From: a virus
Lineage: Duplodnaviria; Caudoviricetes
Virus record (IMG/VR): IMGVR_UViG_3300004241_000313
Coordinates: 1-37,780 of that record
DNA: 37,780 nt
Direction: 5' to 3' (one strand)
Shown piece by piece: positions 35,651 through 37,780 of the stretch. Position numbers and translations under genes: made by a program. The notes beneath the pieces are model-generated. The model searched no databases. It saw only the letters and a list, made by a program, of their open reading frames with translations, and was not told the DNA's origin. The stretch's first letter is position 1, and each line of letters begins with the position of its first letter.

Positions 35651-37780
35651 TTGACTATAAATTGGAATTTTAATTTAGAAGGAAAATTGAGGAATACACC
35701 TATTCCATCAAATCCTTTAATGCCTTTATTTGAAGCTATCATAAACTCGTTCCAATCAATTAATGAAACGAATGATAAATCAAATAAATTTATAGATATT
35801 TATATTGAACGTGACAATTCACAAATAAATATAAGCGACAATATAAAAAAAATACCTCCTATAATTAATTTTAAAATAATAGATAATGGAATCGGTTTTA
35901 ATAATATAAATTATGAATCATTTAAAACTCCAGAATCCTTATATAAATCTGAGATTGGCTGTAGAGGTATTGGACGTTTTGTATGGTTAAAAGCGTTTGA
36001 TGATGTTGAAATAGAAAGCATTTTTTATGAGGGAAAATTTTACTGTAGGAAGTTTAACTTCAATGAAAAAAACATGACTCATTCAGTAAATCTGCTAAAT
36101 GGCTCACAAGAACCTAAAACAATAGTTTATTTAAAAGATTTTAATGAGAAACATTATAAAAAATGCCCTAAAGAACCTTTAACAATTGCTCATAGAATTC
36201 TTGCACATTGTTTGGTGAATTTTTTAGATGACAATTGCCCCAAAGTAAGATTAATCGATGATGCCTACAATATTAATGATGGAGTTATTATACTAAATGA
36301 TGTTTTTAAAAATGATTTTTATAAGACATTAGAAAATAAAATTATAGAAATAAAAGGAGAATCTTTTGAAATTATACAATTAAAAGTTTTCTCTAATGAA
36401 GAAAAAAATCATAAAATCAGTTTTTTAGCAGACGGTAGGGAAATTGATTCTGTTAATTTAGGTAAATATATTCCAAATTTTCAAAATAAAATCAAAGAAG
36501 ATAATCGCTCATTTGTAAATGTTTACTACATAAAAAGTGCCTATATTAATAAGATTGCTGAGGCATTCAGGGGTAAACTAACTTGGCCTGAAAAACCTGA
36601 GCCATCAATATATGATAGTATTGATGATTCAAACAAGGAAAATGATGATATATATGAAGATGAAGTTATAAAAAAAATTGTAGAGTATATTAAAGAAATA
36701 TCCAGTGATTTAATTGAAAAAATAAACAAAGAAAAAGTTGACAAATATGCAGATTTTATTAAAAACAAAACAATTTCGTACCGCTATATTCTTAAACATA
36801 ATAGAGAAGCCTTAGGCAACCTTAAAGCTGGATTGTCTGAAGAAAAACTTGATATTGAGCTCTATAAAATCAAATCAAATGATATTTGTAAATTAAAAGA
36901 AGATGGTCATGATTTATTAAAAACTACGATAAAAAATGAAAATGACTATAACGAATATAAAGAAAAATATCAAAAATTCATAAATTATTATGATGATTTG
37001 ACAAAAGATAATTTATCTGATTATGTAATTCATCGAAAACTTATTATTGATCTTTTAGAAAATAATTTAGCAATTAATAAAGATGGGAAATACAGTAAAG
37101 AAGACTGCGTACACTCCATATTTTTCCCGACAAAAACGACGTCTGATGATATAAACTATGAAGAGCATAACTTGTGGTTGATTGATGAAAAATTATCATT
37201 CCATAAATATCTATATTCAGATAAAAGTTTTACATCTATGAATGCAAACGAAATAGAATCTGATGAGCGCACAGACATTATAATATATCACAATAATATC
37301 TTTGAAAAACCAATATTGTTTTCAGAAAATCCTGAACAGCAATATAATTATTCGTCGCCAATAAGTATTATTGAATTCAAAAGGCCCTGGAGGCAAGCTT
37401 ATCCCGAATCTGAAAATCCATTAAAGCAGTTATATGGATATGCTCAGAAAATCAGAAGTGGAACCTTGCTTTCTGATAACGGCAGACCTATTATAAAAAA
37501 TAATAATATTCCAATATATTTGTATCTTATTTGTGATTTAACGCCTAAAATGAAAGAAATATTAGATTTAGAGCCGCTTAATCTAATGCCTGATGGCTCT
37601 GGGTATTTTGGTTATCATCCTAACCAAAGAATTAATGCAAGTATTGAAGTTTTAAGTTATGATGCACTAGTTGACAACTCTAGAAAAAGAAATCAAATAT
37701 TGTTTGAAAAGTTAGGGATAAATTCAGTAGAAAAATTTGCAACATATAAAAATACTATTCCGATAGAAGTTGCTAAATAA
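35651..37780 (+). CDS. GHKL (HSP90/MutL-like) ATPase fused to a PD-(D/E)xK-like nuclease domain
   Basis: EAIINSFQ, DNGIGF, G.RGIGR GHKL motifs; coiled-coil middle; ED.VH, NLWLIDEKL, RTDI...IIEFKRP, Q...Y nuclease-like motifs. Confidence 0.75.
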   Translation: MTINWNFNLEGKLRNTPIPSNPLMPLFEAIINSFQSINETNDKSNKFIDIYIERDNSQINISDNIKKIPPIINFKIIDNGIGFNNINYESFKTPESLYKSEIGCRGIGRFVWLKAFDDVEIESIFYEGKFYCRKFNFNEKNMTHSVNLLNGSQEPKTIVYLKDFNEKHYKKCPKEPLTIAHRILAHCLVNFLDDNCPKVRLIDDAYNINDGVIILNDVFKNDFYKTLENKIIEIKGESFEIIQLKVFSNEEKNHKISFLADGREIDSVNLGKYIPNFQNKIKEDNRSFVNVYYIKSAYINKIAEAFRGKLTWPEKPEPSIYDSIDDSNKENDDIYEDEVIKKIVEYIKEISSDLIEKINKEKVDKYADFIKNKTISYRYILKHNREALGNLKAGLSEEKLDIELYKIKSNDICKLKEDGHDLLKTTIKNENDYNEYKEKYQKFINYYDDLTKDNLSDYVIHRKLIIDLLENNLAINKDGKYSKEDCVHSIFFPTKTTSDDINYEEHNLWLIDEKLSFHKYLYSDKSFTSMNANEIESDERTDIIIYHNNIFEKPILFSENPEQQYNYSSPISIIEFKRPWRQAYPESENPLKQLYGYAQKIRSGTLLSDNGRPIIKNNNIPIYLYLICDLTPKMKEILDLEPLNLMPDGSGYFGYHPNQRINASIEVLSYDALVDNSRKRNQILFEKLGINSVEKFATYKNTIPIEVAK

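Overview
Almost the whole window is a transposable (Mu-like) prophage in a low-GC host. Read from right to left it has a LexA/CI-type repressor (+) divergent from ner-like, MuA, MuB, gemA-like and mor-like genes (-). Next is an ~11 kb cargo block (19200-30370). Then comes a DNA-packaging block (terS, terL, portal, gpF, gpG) on the + strand, inverted relative to Mu order and interleaved with two orphan DNA methyltransferases. Last is a protease-capsid-neck module and a P2-type contractile tail module (-) that runs off the left edge. The best candidate for an undescribed system is a tightly coupled six-gene minus-strand operon in the cargo: YeeA/MmeI-like MTase, class III nucleotidyl-cyclase-like protein, YeeB-like SF2 helicase, YeeC-like GIY-YIG nuclease, HEPN-like protein and an NDT/TIR-like protein. 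This would be an R-M-like core with a possible nucleotide-signalling/abortive arm. Other notable signals: a nested +1-frame ORF inside the C5 methyltransferase (M.EcoHK31I beta-like), a -1 frameshift tail chaperone missed by the ORF track, three helically phased TTAAA arrays, an ~90 bp dyad between the divergent late operons, and a GHKL-nuclease fusion next to the repressor. All protein calls come from motif recognition by eye; no database searches were run.
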